Positions 9,307 through 17,423 of a DNA stretch of 64,000 nt are shown piece after piece. Each line of letters opens with the position of its first letter. The first letter of the stretch is position 1. The notes beneath the pieces are model-generated. The model made no database searches, was not told where the DNA came from, and saw nothing but the letters and a program-made list of their open reading frames with translations. Source of the DNA: Bdellovibrionales bacterium (GTDB lineage Bacteria > Pseudomonadota > Alphaproteobacteria > UBA9219); NCBI GenBank assembly GCA_041649025.1, contig JBAZNY010000004.1, positions 26,705 through 90,704 on the forward strand, in the 5' to 3' direction. Position numbers and translations under genes: made by a program.

Positions 9307-10035
9307 TTACGCAGCGCATTTTTCCATCTTTATTGATTTGTCGCTTTGTCGTGTGCTAGGTTCGATGTCGAACGTTTTCACTGCAATTCTAAGATTGTCT
9401 TTAAAACAAAATCCGCCAACGCCGTTTGACAGCAATTCCATAGCCTTCATTCGCATTCCCGGATGAATGTCCGCCGCCCCAGAGTCCTGATAAAGCGGCA
9501 CGTAGCCAGAAATTTCTTCTAACAAAAAGTTCCGTGATAATGATAGCCGCGCGGATCCAAATTCTTCGCCCCTCTTGAGACAACGCTGAGCAAACTCATT
9601 TAAATCATGGTCAACCGCTTCAGAAAACTCTTTGTTATTTTCATAAAGGGCACAAACTCGCTGAAAGACCTCCGGATAGCGCGGATGAGACAGCAGACTA
9701 TCCCATCGAACAACATCGATAAAAACATCAGAAGAGAAAACGTTAGCCTTCAACCATAAATCCCCGTCGTTTAGCGCCTTTTTATAAGCATCTTCTGGAG
9801 ACAGCCCAATAGACATTAAATTGTAACGCTGTATTGTATCGTGCAAACAAAGCGTAACATCGTTGAAATTCTGCATTACCCAATTAAGGATGCTTCTTGT
9901 GCGCGGATCAAAGGTTGGATTAGAGGGCACACTGATTTGCAGGCGCGCAGACGCATATCTCTGCCAGCCCATAGCATGACGCAAAATAATCTTATAATTC
10001 CCACGAGCAACAACTTGATTATTCGTATTTTTCAT
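9307..10035 (-). CDS. Uncharacterised 242-aa protein in AT-rich islet; downstream partner of the HTH protein
   Basis: AT-rich codon usage unlike flanking genes; start overlaps the upstream gene's 3' end by 17 nt (translational coupling); no recognisable catalytic motif. Weak Rx6H (RWDSLLSH) and weak CDPS-like IS..N..F and Y178 patterns were noted but are not convincing. Confidence 0.6.
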   Translation of the reverse strand: MKNTNNQVVARGNYKIILRHAMGWQRYASARLQISVPSNPTFDPRTRSILNWVMQNFNDVTLCLHDTIQRYNLMSIGLSPEDAYKKALNDGDLWLKANVFSSDVFIDVVRWDSLLSHPRYPEVFQRVCALYENNKEFSEAVDHDLNEFAQRCLKRGEEFGSARLSLSRNFLLEEISGYVPLYQDSGAADIHPGMRMKAMELLSNGVGGFCFKDNLRIAVKTFDIEPSTRQSDKSIKMEKCAA

Positions 10036-10657
10036 TTGTGTTAGATCCCTTTGGACTTTTCGCTTGTGACCAAACTAAATCAAAAAAATTCTTATTTGCT
10101 TGTGCAATAGCCTTGTCATGAACAACTATAACTTTCTGAAAATCTTCAGTCAGGTATGCGCATATATCATCAAAAAAAACCGAAGCTGCGTTTTGGTAAT
10201 AACGTGACGGGATTTGACGATACCAATCTAGCGGACCTCGAATATGGTTGTTGCCCTCTTTGATTAGCTTTTTATATTTTATGCCTTTCCTTACAATTCG
10301 CTTAAAAGCTTCATGTACTTCCTGAGGAGAAAGGGACTCATCTGCCATACAGACAAAAAATTCTTCTCCTTTTTGCAACTGATAATAGATTTCATCTAGC
10401 AATAGCGCATAGCAATTTGGGCCATCTATTTCTCGAACTTTATGGTCATAAAGACGAACACCTTGGTTTTCTGTAAATTCAATTCCCTTCTCTCTAAAAA
10501 CTTTCATAATATCCGCAATCGTTCCTTCCCTCGGTTGGACGGAGCCGTCTTCGATTTTGCTGATGCCTTGTTTGGTAAGACCCGCTGCATTGGCCAGATC
10601 GTCCTGGCTCATGTCCAGAAGGGCGCGCGCGGCGCGTATTTGTCTGCCTGTAATCAT
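10019..10657 (-). CDS. XRE-family helix-turn-helix protein with about 145-aa C-terminal domain of unknown function
   Basis: MITGRQIRAARALLDMSQDDLANAAGLTKQGISKIEDGSVQP...GIEF is a canonical XRE HTH; start set at the ATG at 10655-10657 with GGTGG upstream. The ORF-track N-terminal extension is rejected. Confidence 0.7.
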   Translation of the reverse strand: MITGRQIRAARALLDMSQDDLANAAGLTKQGISKIEDGSVQPREGTIADIMKVFREKGIEFTENQGVRLYDHKVREIDGPNCYALLLDEIYYQLQKGEEFFVCMADESLSPQEVHEAFKRIVRKGIKYKKLIKEGNNHIRGPLDWYRQIPSRYYQNAASVFFDDICAYLTEDFQKVIVVHDKAIAQANKNFFDLVWSQAKSPKGSNTNEKYE

Positions 10658-10854
10658 CCTAACCACCAAATCCAAAAAGTGTGCACTGCACCAAAAGCGT
10701 ATTAGGGATACTATATATATATGAAAGTAAATCAATGTCAATTTATAGTAGACAAAAGTCTCTTTTTCGGGTATAACTCATATATAGATAGGGCAATTAT
10801 ATTCAGGTTATTGATTTTAAAGGATTTTTTCGAATCTATTTTGGAGAAGACGGA

Positions 10855-11028
10855 ATGCCTGATTTTTATAAATATATGATGCGCTACGGCGAACACGGCG
10901 TTCAAGCTATTGTTGAAAACGTTGAGCGTAGCCAAGGCATCCGTCACGAAACACCGGTTCCGTTGGAACACCGTTGGAACCACGTCATGCAGGACACCCG
11001 ATCAGAACAATCCAGCATGGCGGCGTAA
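10855..11028 (+). CDS. Small hypothetical protein (57 aa), divergent from the HTH gene
   Basis: ATG preceded by GGAGAAGACGGA; divergent AT-rich promoter region 10658-10854; no homolog recognised. Confidence 0.3.
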   Translation: MPDFYKYMMRYGEHGVQAIVENVERSQGIRHETPVPLEHRWNHVMQDTRSEQSSMAA

Positions 11029-11115
11029 ATAGACTGCAAAAATAGGGGCAAGTTGAAGCCCCTTTTTGTTAACCGGAATTAAATTATTAAAACAAATTAA
11101 GCAACGCGAGACACT

Positions 11116-11355
11116 ATGGCAACGAAAACACCGCAATCAAACATCGACAGCACGGCTCCGATCAACAACCTTGAGCTCGCGTCGATTAAATCTCTTTTAG
11201 CCTATACCGCTTATGACAAGCATGTCAGCGAAGCCGTCGTCCGCGACGTGTTTTCTTCCCGCTTTGGCGTTAATGAAGTCGAAAAGCTGCCGCGTAAGTC
11301 ATTTGAAGATGCCATCCGCTTCTTGGTCGATATTCAGATCGAGATGATTCACTAA
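11116..11355 (+). CDS. Small hypothetical protein (79 aa)
   Basis: ORF with plausible helical sequence, follows the 57-aa ORF on the same strand; weak SD. Confidence 0.35.
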   Translation: MATKTPQSNIDSTAPINNLELASIKSLLAYTAYDKHVSEAVVRDVFSSRFGVNEVEKLPRKSFEDAIRFLVDIQIEMIH

Positions 11356-11414
11356 TAAAAAACACTTGCGTGGTGACCCCGTTTCGTCCATTTTGCGCGC
11401 CTTACGACCATTGT

Positions 11415-11490
11415 GGGCCTGTAGCTCAGTTGGGAGAGCGCAACAATGGCATTGTTGAGGTCGTCAGTTCGATCCTGATCAGGTCCACCA
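11415..11490 (+). tRNA. tRNA-Ala (anticodon GGC)
   Basis: Cloverleaf GGGCCUG..; G3:U70 alanine identity pair; anticodon loop AUGGCAU; TUCGAUC T-loop; encoded CCA. Confidence 0.93.
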
Positions 11491-11770
11491 CTTCTTTATT
11501 TCTGCGTTTTTCATGTTTGCGCGCTTGCGCCGCTTCGCGGCTCAGCGACGCGGGGGCATTGTTGAGGTCGTCAGTTCGATCCTGATCAGGTCCACCACTT
11601 CTTTATTTCTGCGTTTTTCATGTTTGCGCGCTTGCGCCGCTTCGCGGCTCAGCGACGCGGGGGCATTGTTGAGGTCGTCAGTTCGATCCTGATCAGGTCC
11701 ACCACTTCTTTATTTCTGCGTTTTTCATGTTTGCGCGCTTGCGCCGCTTCGCGGCTCAGCGACGCGGGGG
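11450..11770 (+). repeat. Tandem array, 3 x 107 bp: each unit is tRNA-Ala nt 36-76 (41 nt) plus 66 nt of downstream flank, with a truncated fourth start
   Basis: Units at 11450-11556, 11557-11663 and 11664-11770 are essentially identical; the first unit is the 3' part of the intact tRNA. Confidence 0.9.
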
Positions 11771-11967
11771 ATCGATCCTGTTCATATCGATTATTGCCCT
11801 TGGCCTCAAAAAGGGCTTCTTATCTCAATAAATCCAACAATCTTGTAGAGCGTCTTTGTTTCGGCTAACGTCCCCGCTTCCGTTTTCGGCAGAAAATGCC
11901 GGAAAACGGGTAAATAGGGCGTGATTGCCCTCGCGGCCTCTGATAAAAGGGCTGCGGTCAGGCTTTA

Positions 11968-12053
11968 GCGGGCGTGGCGGAACTGGTAGACGCGCTGGGT
12001 TTAGGTCCCAGTGACCAAAAGTCGTATGGGTTCAAGTCCCTTCGCCCGCACCA
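11968..12053 (+). tRNA. tRNA-Leu (anticodon UAG)
   Basis: Acceptor GCGGGCG/CGCCCGC; anticodon loop UUUAGGU; long variable arm; GTTCAAGTC T-loop; CCA. Confidence 0.9.
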
Positions 12054-12213
12054 GTTTACGCAAACGCATAGCGTGTGCGTAGACTGTCCGGCATAGCTTT
12101 AGCGAAGCAGGGCATGTAAATTAGAGTGTTTACTGTTTAGATAGAATAGGATTGCAAGCTACAGAAAGACACGGCTAGTTCAGGTTGAGCCTAACCGCTA
12201 CCCCGCCCCTAGC

Positions 12214-12234
12214 CCCTCCCTCAAGGGGAGGGGA
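12214..12234 (+). repeat. Hairpin repeat CCCCTCCC TCAA GGGGAGGGG (family 2), upstream of tig
   Basis: Perfect dyad; a second copy with covarying stem lies at 13743-13764. Confidence 0.6.
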
Positions 12235-12322
12235 ATTCGTGCGGGATCGCTCCAGCTTGATTCTACCCGATCGAGGAATGCTCTAGGAACAGATACTTAA
12301 ACGAACAAGGAAAAAACGGATC

Positions 12323-13651
12323 ATGACTAAAGTTAAAGTACTGAAAGAAGAAGGTTTGAAACACGAATTCTCGATCATCGTCCCGAAGAAATCGGTCGAC
12401 GAGCAAAAAGATCTGCGCCTCGCCGAAATTGCCAAAACGGCAAAAATGCAAGGCTTCCGCCCAGGCAAAGTGCCCCTGAATGTCGTCAAGAAACGTTATG
12501 GCGCCGAAGCGCACGCCGATGCTTTGGATAAAACCGTCTCCGCCGCCGTTGAAAAAGTTCTTACCGATCACAAGTTGCGCCCCGCGACGCAACCGAAGAT
12601 CGAATGGGTCAGCACCGAAGAGGACAAGGACGTCGAGCTTAAGCTGACGGTTGAATCTTTACCCAGCATCAAGGTCGGCGATTTCAGCACCATCGCTCTT
12701 GAACGCCCCATCGCCGATGTCGAGGCGGCAAAGGTTGATGACACCATTTCCAAATTTGCAAAAAGAATGCGTCAGCCCGAAAAAGTAACCGACGCGCGCG
12801 CGGCAAAAATGGGCGACATTCTTGTTATTGATTTTGACGGCAGCGTCGGCGGCGAAAAGAAGCCCGGCATGAACGGCAAGGATCATTCTTTGGAACTCGG
12901 CTCCAAGTCCTTTATCGATACGTTCGAAGAGCAGCTGGTCGGGAGCAAAGTCGGCGATAAGAAAAAGATTTCCGTCACGTTTCCCGATGCCTATCACGCC
13001 GCCGATTTGGCAGGAAAGAAGGCCTCTTTCGACGTCGAAATCAAGGAGTTACGCCAACACAAGCCCGTCGAGTTCAACGACGCCCTCGGCAAGGAAATGG
13101 GCTTTCCCTCAATCGAAAAACTGCGCGAGCGCGTACGCGACGATATCGGCGTCGATTACAAACGCATCAGCCGCGCCGTTGTCAAACGCGCCTTGATGGA
13201 CAAACTGGCGGCAGCGTACTCTTTCGAGGTTCCAGGCGGTCTGTTGGAATCGGAATTCGGCAATATCTGGAAACAAGTCGAAGAGGCTAAAACCAAAGGC
13301 GAACTTCCCGAAGACGATAAAAAGAAAAGCGACAAGGCCTTGCGCGAGGAATATCACGGCATTGCCGAACGTCGCATTCGTCTGGGTCTTTTGCTGGCCG
13401 AAGTCGCCACACAGAATAAGATCGAAGTGACAAGCAACGAATTGCGCAACGCTTTGATGGCCGAAGCGAAGCGTTTCCCCGGTCAAGAGAAAGCCGTATT
13501 TGAATACTACACAAAAACGCAGGGCGCTTTAGAGCGCATTCGCGCGCCTCTTCTGGAAGAGAAGGTTGTTGACTTCATTCTCGGCAAGGCCAAAATATCG
13601 GAAAAGAAAATGTCCGCCGATGAATTGTTGAATTTACCTGAGGAAGACTAG
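12323..13651 (+). CDS. tig: Trigger factor (ribosome-associated PPIase chaperone)
   Basis: 442 aa; N-terminal ribosome-binding region GFRPGKVP; FKBP-type middle domain; typical length. Confidence 0.93.
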   Translation: MTKVKVLKEEGLKHEFSIIVPKKSVDEQKDLRLAEIAKTAKMQGFRPGKVPLNVVKKRYGAEAHADALDKTVSAAVEKVLTDHKLRPATQPKIEWVSTEEDKDVELKLTVESLPSIKVGDFSTIALERPIADVEAAKVDDTISKFAKRMRQPEKVTDARAAKMGDILVIDFDGSVGGEKKPGMNGKDHSLELGSKSFIDTFEEQLVGSKVGDKKKISVTFPDAYHAADLAGKKASFDVEIKELRQHKPVEFNDALGKEMGFPSIEKLRERVRDDIGVDYKRISRAVVKRALMDKLAAAYSFEVPGGLLESEFGNIWKQVEEAKTKGELPEDDKKKSDKALREEYHGIAERRIRLGLLLAEVATQNKIEVTSNELRNALMAEAKRFPGQEKAVFEYYTKTQGALERIRAPLLEEKVVDFILGKAKISEKKMSADELLNLPEED

Positions 13652-13742
13652 GGCTTTTCGAATTAGATAAAACAACGGCCGAAGGAGACCCCTCACCTGC
13701 AAAATCTAGGGGCTTACTGATCGCAAGCCCAAGATTTTGCTT

Positions 13743-13764
13743 CCTCTCCCTCAAGGGGAGAGGG
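13743..13764 (+). repeat. Hairpin repeat CCTCTCCC TCAA GGGGAGAGG (family 2 copy), downstream of tig; preceded by a dyad AAAATCTAGGGGCTT..AAGCCCAAGATTTT
   Basis: Same loop TCAA and stem geometry as 12214-12234, with compensatory C/T and G/A changes. Confidence 0.6.
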
Positions 13765-13793
13765 AAAATAGAGAGAGCAGTTCTTGATTCTAT

Positions 13794-14345
13794 ATGATTG
13801 GAAAAGGCTCTAACTTGTTTGCCATGCACCCGCTGATCAAAAAAAGCCTGCCTTTGATTGAAAAAAGTTTGTCTATGCCTATGGCCGCAAGGCTTTTGCT
13901 TCTTGTGAACGTCGGCGCGTTGCTTTCTGCCTTCGTCCTGCAGTTCGGGTTTGACGTTAAGCCTTGTTACTTGTGTCTATGGGCGCGCATTCCCTATGCT
14001 TCTGTCGCAGCTTTATCTTTTCTGGCATTGGTTTGGAAACCCTACGGGCGGCATACGTCTGCGCTGCTCGGCTTGTGCGCCGTTGTCTATCTTGCCGGCA
14101 TGGGCATTGCCATTTTCCAAACGGGCGTCGAGCAGCATTGGTGGCAAAGCGTTTCCGGTTGCGAGGGACAAGATTTCAAAAATTTATCTCCAGAAGAAAT
14201 ACGTCAGGCTCTGCTTCGAACGGAAGACGTGCCTTGTGATATAGTTTCATGGTCGATATTCGGGTTTTCGCTGGCCAATATGAATATCCCTCTCTCGTTT
14301 GTTCTGGCCTTTTTTGCCGCGATGGCAGCTAAGCGAAACAAGTGA
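13794..14345 (+). CDS. dsbB: Disulfide bond formation protein B-like membrane protein (DsbB family)
   Basis: Cys pairs PCYLCLWAR and SGCEG..x23..PCD in predicted periplasmic loops between TM helices; true start may be an internal Met (13824 or 13875). Confidence 0.65.
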   Translation: MIGKGSNLFAMHPLIKKSLPLIEKSLSMPMAARLLLLVNVGALLSAFVLQFGFDVKPCYLCLWARIPYASVAALSFLALVWKPYGRHTSALLGLCAVVYLAGMGIAIFQTGVEQHWWQSVSGCEGQDFKNLSPEEIRQALLRTEDVPCDIVSWSIFGFSLANMNIPLSFVLAFFAAMAAKRNK

Positions 14346-14440
14346 AAATCTTTCCACGTTTTTTGCCCCAAGGGCAAGAAATGCCGATAAAACAAAAGAC
14401 CGGCTAAGGAAGAGTCAACAGAATCAGTCCAATGCCGCTT

Positions 14441-14456
14441 TGGCATAAAGCTTGCT
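14441..14456 (+). promoter_or_regulatory. Sigma54-type promoter (TGGCAT-N5-TTGCT) upstream of flgE
   Basis: Matches -24/-12 consensus TGGCAC-N5-TTGCW; lies about 60 nt upstream of flgE start. Confidence 0.55.
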
Positions 14457-14518
14457 GATACCCGTCTGAGATTATTCACCCTGCCCTTTTGGGGCGGAAT
14501 CAACAGACGAGGTATACA

Positions 14519-15904
14519 ATGTCTCTTTTCGGAGCTCTTAACGTCGCCGTTTCCGGTCTTAACGCGCAATCGCAATGTATCGGCAATATCGCAGACAATT
14601 TGTCAAACGCCCAAACGACCGGCTTTAAATGTATTGGCACGACGTTTTCGGACTTGGTGACCGCATCAAGCGCGACGTCCAACAGCCCTGGCGGCGTAAG
14701 AGCGACGCCTAGCTATCAAAACGACGTTCAAGGCAACATCGGGTCAACGGCAACGACAACCAATCTGGCCATTTCCGGCACCGGATATTTTACCGTTACG
14801 ACAGCAACGCAGGATGCCACGGGACAAACCATCTTCACGGGGTCGAATTATTACAGCCGTGCAGGCGATTTTACGCTCAATAAAGAAGGTTATATGGTGA
14901 ATAGCTCCGGTTACTTTTTGCAGGGTTATACCATTACAGGCTCTGCTGTTGATACGTCAGGCGTATCTCCGATTCTCATATCTTCGCTGCTCGACAACCC
15001 AGAAGCGTCAACGACCATCACCTATGTCGGCAATTTGCCCGCCGGCGTGACGGACTATACATCAGCAGCATCGACCGTCGATGTGTATGACGCTTTAGGA
15101 AGCACGCATCAAACCAGCATCACGTGGGAAACAACGGCGACAACGAACGTTTGGTTGGCAACAGTCACCGTCGATGCCGGCGGTGATATTATCGCGCCGG
15201 ATACTTATAACTACATCGCCACCTTTGAAGTGGCTTTTAACAGCTCCTCACCTGCTGGTACTATTCAGACAATTACGGGCATTTCTTCCGGTTATTATGT
15301 ATCTACAGATGATACCCATGCCCTTACGACGGATCTTGGCGTTCCTGAAGTCAGCACCGATACAGCAGGCCAGCCGGCCATAGTCTATCTTGGCGGCGCG
15401 GCAGGCGACCTGCATTTTCCAGGCGCCGGAACTCAAACGATCAACTTCAATCTCGGAAATTACAGCGTAGCAACCGGACTGACGCAGTACGCAAATTCAA
15501 CGTCAACCGTCTCCGTGTCGTCGATTTCCCAAGATGGTCTAGGAGAAGGCTCTTTCAGCAGCATCAGTATCGACAAAGACGGCATCGTTTCGATTAACTA
15601 CACGAACGGCAGCGTTCGTAAAATCTATCAGATTCCGCTTGCGGCGTTCAATTCCCCGGACAATCTGCAACGCGGCTCCGGCGGCGTTTATAACGCAACC
15701 ATCGCTTCGGGCCCCGCGAACTTGCACTTGGCAGGAACCAATGGAACGGGAACCATCGCTAGCGGATCTCTTGAAGCGTCAACCGTCGATATCGCGAGCG
15801 AATTCACGACGATGATTCAGTCGCAGCAGGTTTACTCCGCAAACGCCAAGATGGTGTCGGCCGTCAACAGTATGTTGAGCACGATCATTCAGGCCGTTCA
15901 GTAA
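14519..15904 (+). CDS. flgE: Flagellar hook protein FlgE
   Basis: N-terminus MSLFGALNVAVSGLNAQSQ..NIADNLSNAQTTGFK (rod/hook N-domain); C-terminus STVDIASEFTTMIQSQQVYSANAKMVS (flagellar basal-body C-domain); GAGG SD before ATG 14519. Confidence 0.8.
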   Translation: MSLFGALNVAVSGLNAQSQCIGNIADNLSNAQTTGFKCIGTTFSDLVTASSATSNSPGGVRATPSYQNDVQGNIGSTATTTNLAISGTGYFTVTTATQDATGQTIFTGSNYYSRAGDFTLNKEGYMVNSSGYFLQGYTITGSAVDTSGVSPILISSLLDNPEASTTITYVGNLPAGVTDYTSAASTVDVYDALGSTHQTSITWETTATTNVWLATVTVDAGGDIIAPDTYNYIATFEVAFNSSSPAGTIQTITGISSGYYVSTDDTHALTTDLGVPEVSTDTAGQPAIVYLGGAAGDLHFPGAGTQTINFNLGNYSVATGLTQYANSTSTVSVSSISQDGLGEGSFSSISIDKDGIVSINYTNGSVRKIYQIPLAAFNSPDNLQRGSGGVYNATIASGPANLHLAGTNGTGTIASGSLEASTVDIASEFTTMIQSQQVYSANAKMVSAVNSMLSTIIQAVQ

Positions 15905-15962
15905 TCTATCATCGTTGCGAGGCCGTTTTAAACGGTCTCGCGGCGGAAATTAGGGGCTTTTT

Positions 15963-17423
15963 ATGTCAATAGCTGGCGCTCTTTCCGTCGCTCTCTCGGG
16001 GATGCAGGTAAGTTCCACGGCCGTGCAAACCATATCGGGAAACGTTGCCAACGCCCAAACGGCTAATTATACCCAAAAAAATATCAGCCTGGCACCCGTC
16101 ACTACGGGATCGTCGTTGGGTGGCGTCACGATCACAGGCTATACCCGCGTGACGAACGACGTCCTTTTTACGACGCTTAATAACGCGACATCGGACGCTT
16201 CTTATTACAGCACTCAGAGCAACTATCTTAGTCAAGTCCAGTCAATCCTTAATTCAATCGGCAATCCTCCCGCGCTTTCCGGAGACTTGGGCGATTTTCA
16301 GGCGGCTTGGACGCAGTATGCCGCCGACCCCAGCAACTCCACATTGGAAAAAAACGTCGTCTCCACAGGACAAGCGCTTGCGAACACGATCAGCAGCATC
16401 GCTGCGGATATTTCGACTTTGGAAACAAACACTAAAAACGATCTTTCAACGTCAATTTATTCGCTGAATTCCACTTTGAAGACAATTCAGGAGTTGAACA
16501 TTCAAATTACCTCGGCTCTTTCCAATAATCAGCCGACCGTCAATCTGGAAGATGAGCGTGACACCGCGATTAACATGATCGCTTCGTTCACGAATGTCGT
16601 CGTCATGCAGCGCGATAACGGGCAAATTGCGCTTTATACTCCCACCGGCACAGCCCTTCTCGACCATCAAGCGCAGACTTTCAACGTCGGCCCGGAAGGC
16701 AACACCGTTGTCAATTCCGCAGGATCCGATATCACAGATTCATTAGCGGGCGGGACATTACAGGCTCAAACCGATTTTCTTGCTTCGACAGCAACCGCTT
16801 CCAACGGCGTCGGGGTTATCGTAAAATTAAAATCCCAGTTGCAGAATTTCGCCAACATGTTCGTCGCAACAACGGCGGACGGAAACAGTTTCGCGGACGT
16901 CTATAACGCCGCCGCCACAGAAGCCGGCGAACAGGCATCGAGTTTCTTCACTGCAAATGTAGATTTTAACGGCTTGCCGAATCTGACAAGTTTTTCCGTC
17001 AATGCCGACCTTATCAGCGGAGCGACAACCGTTAAGTCGGCGGCTGCCGTTGATATCAACGACGCTTTTTCCGCAACGGATATTGCCATTACGACGACGG
17101 ATATGGGCGGCGGCGTTTTTACCTATAATACAAGCAGCACGTTTTCGTCGGATGGCCTGATAACTCAATCGCAAACTTATTCCGGCATTGTTACGGCAAT
17201 ATTGTCCGGATTCCAACAAGCGGCAAACACCGTTAAAGCCCAATATGAAACGGCTGCAACACAACAAGAATATTATCAAAGCTCTCTCTCCAGCCAAACG
17301 GGCGTTAATACGGACACCGAGCTGGTCAATCTGACCAATTGGGAAAATAGCTATGCCGCGTGCGCGCACTTAATTTCAACGATTAAAGAAATGATGAAAA
17401 TACTGGAAGGCATGGTGACCTAA
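15963..17423 (+). CDS. flgK: Flagellar hook-associated protein 1 FlgK
   Basis: N-terminus LSGMQVSSTAVQTISGNVANAQTANYTQK; C-terminus NLTNWENSYAACAHLISTIKEMMKILEG matches the FlgK terminal helices. Confidence 0.8.
   Translation: MSIAGALSVALSGMQVSSTAVQTISGNVANAQTANYTQKNISLAPVTTGSSLGGVTITGYTRVTNDVLFTTLNNATSDASYYSTQSNYLSQVQSILNSIGNPPALSGDLGDFQAAWTQYAADPSNSTLEKNVVSTGQALANTISSIAADISTLETNTKNDLSTSIYSLNSTLKTIQELNIQITSALSNNQPTVNLEDERDTAINMIASFTNVVVMQRDNGQIALYTPTGTALLDHQAQTFNVGPEGNTVVNSAGSDITDSLAGGTLQAQTDFLASTATASNGVGVIVKLKSQLQNFANMFVATTADGNSFADVYNAAATEAGEQASSFFTANVDFNGLPNLTSFSVNADLISGATTVKSAAAVDINDAFSATDIAITTTDMGGGVFTYNTSSTFSSDGLITQSQTYSGIVTAILSGFQQAANTVKAQYETAATQQEYYQSSLSSQTGVNTDTELVNLTNWENSYAACAHLISTIKEMMKILEGMVT

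Noticed and set aside
9307-10035. Possible tRNA-dependent cyclodipeptide synthase (CDPS) identity for the 242-aa islet protein (RLQISVPSNPTF resembles the GISxxNSxF block; Tyr at position 178)
   Set aside because: The conserved Gly of the GxS block and the catalytic Glu four residues after Tyr178 are absent (YVPLY instead of YVxAE), and the length/position match alone is insufficient. Left as unknown.
10741-10983. 81-aa ORF on the minus strand in the islet promoter region
   Set aside because: Antisense to the 57-aa ORF, extremely AT-rich with a low-complexity sequence. Likely non-coding.
11450-11770. CRISPR array
   Set aside because: Units are 107 bp, contiguous without spacers, and derive from the tRNA-Ala 3' half. 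Not a CRISPR repeat-spacer structure.
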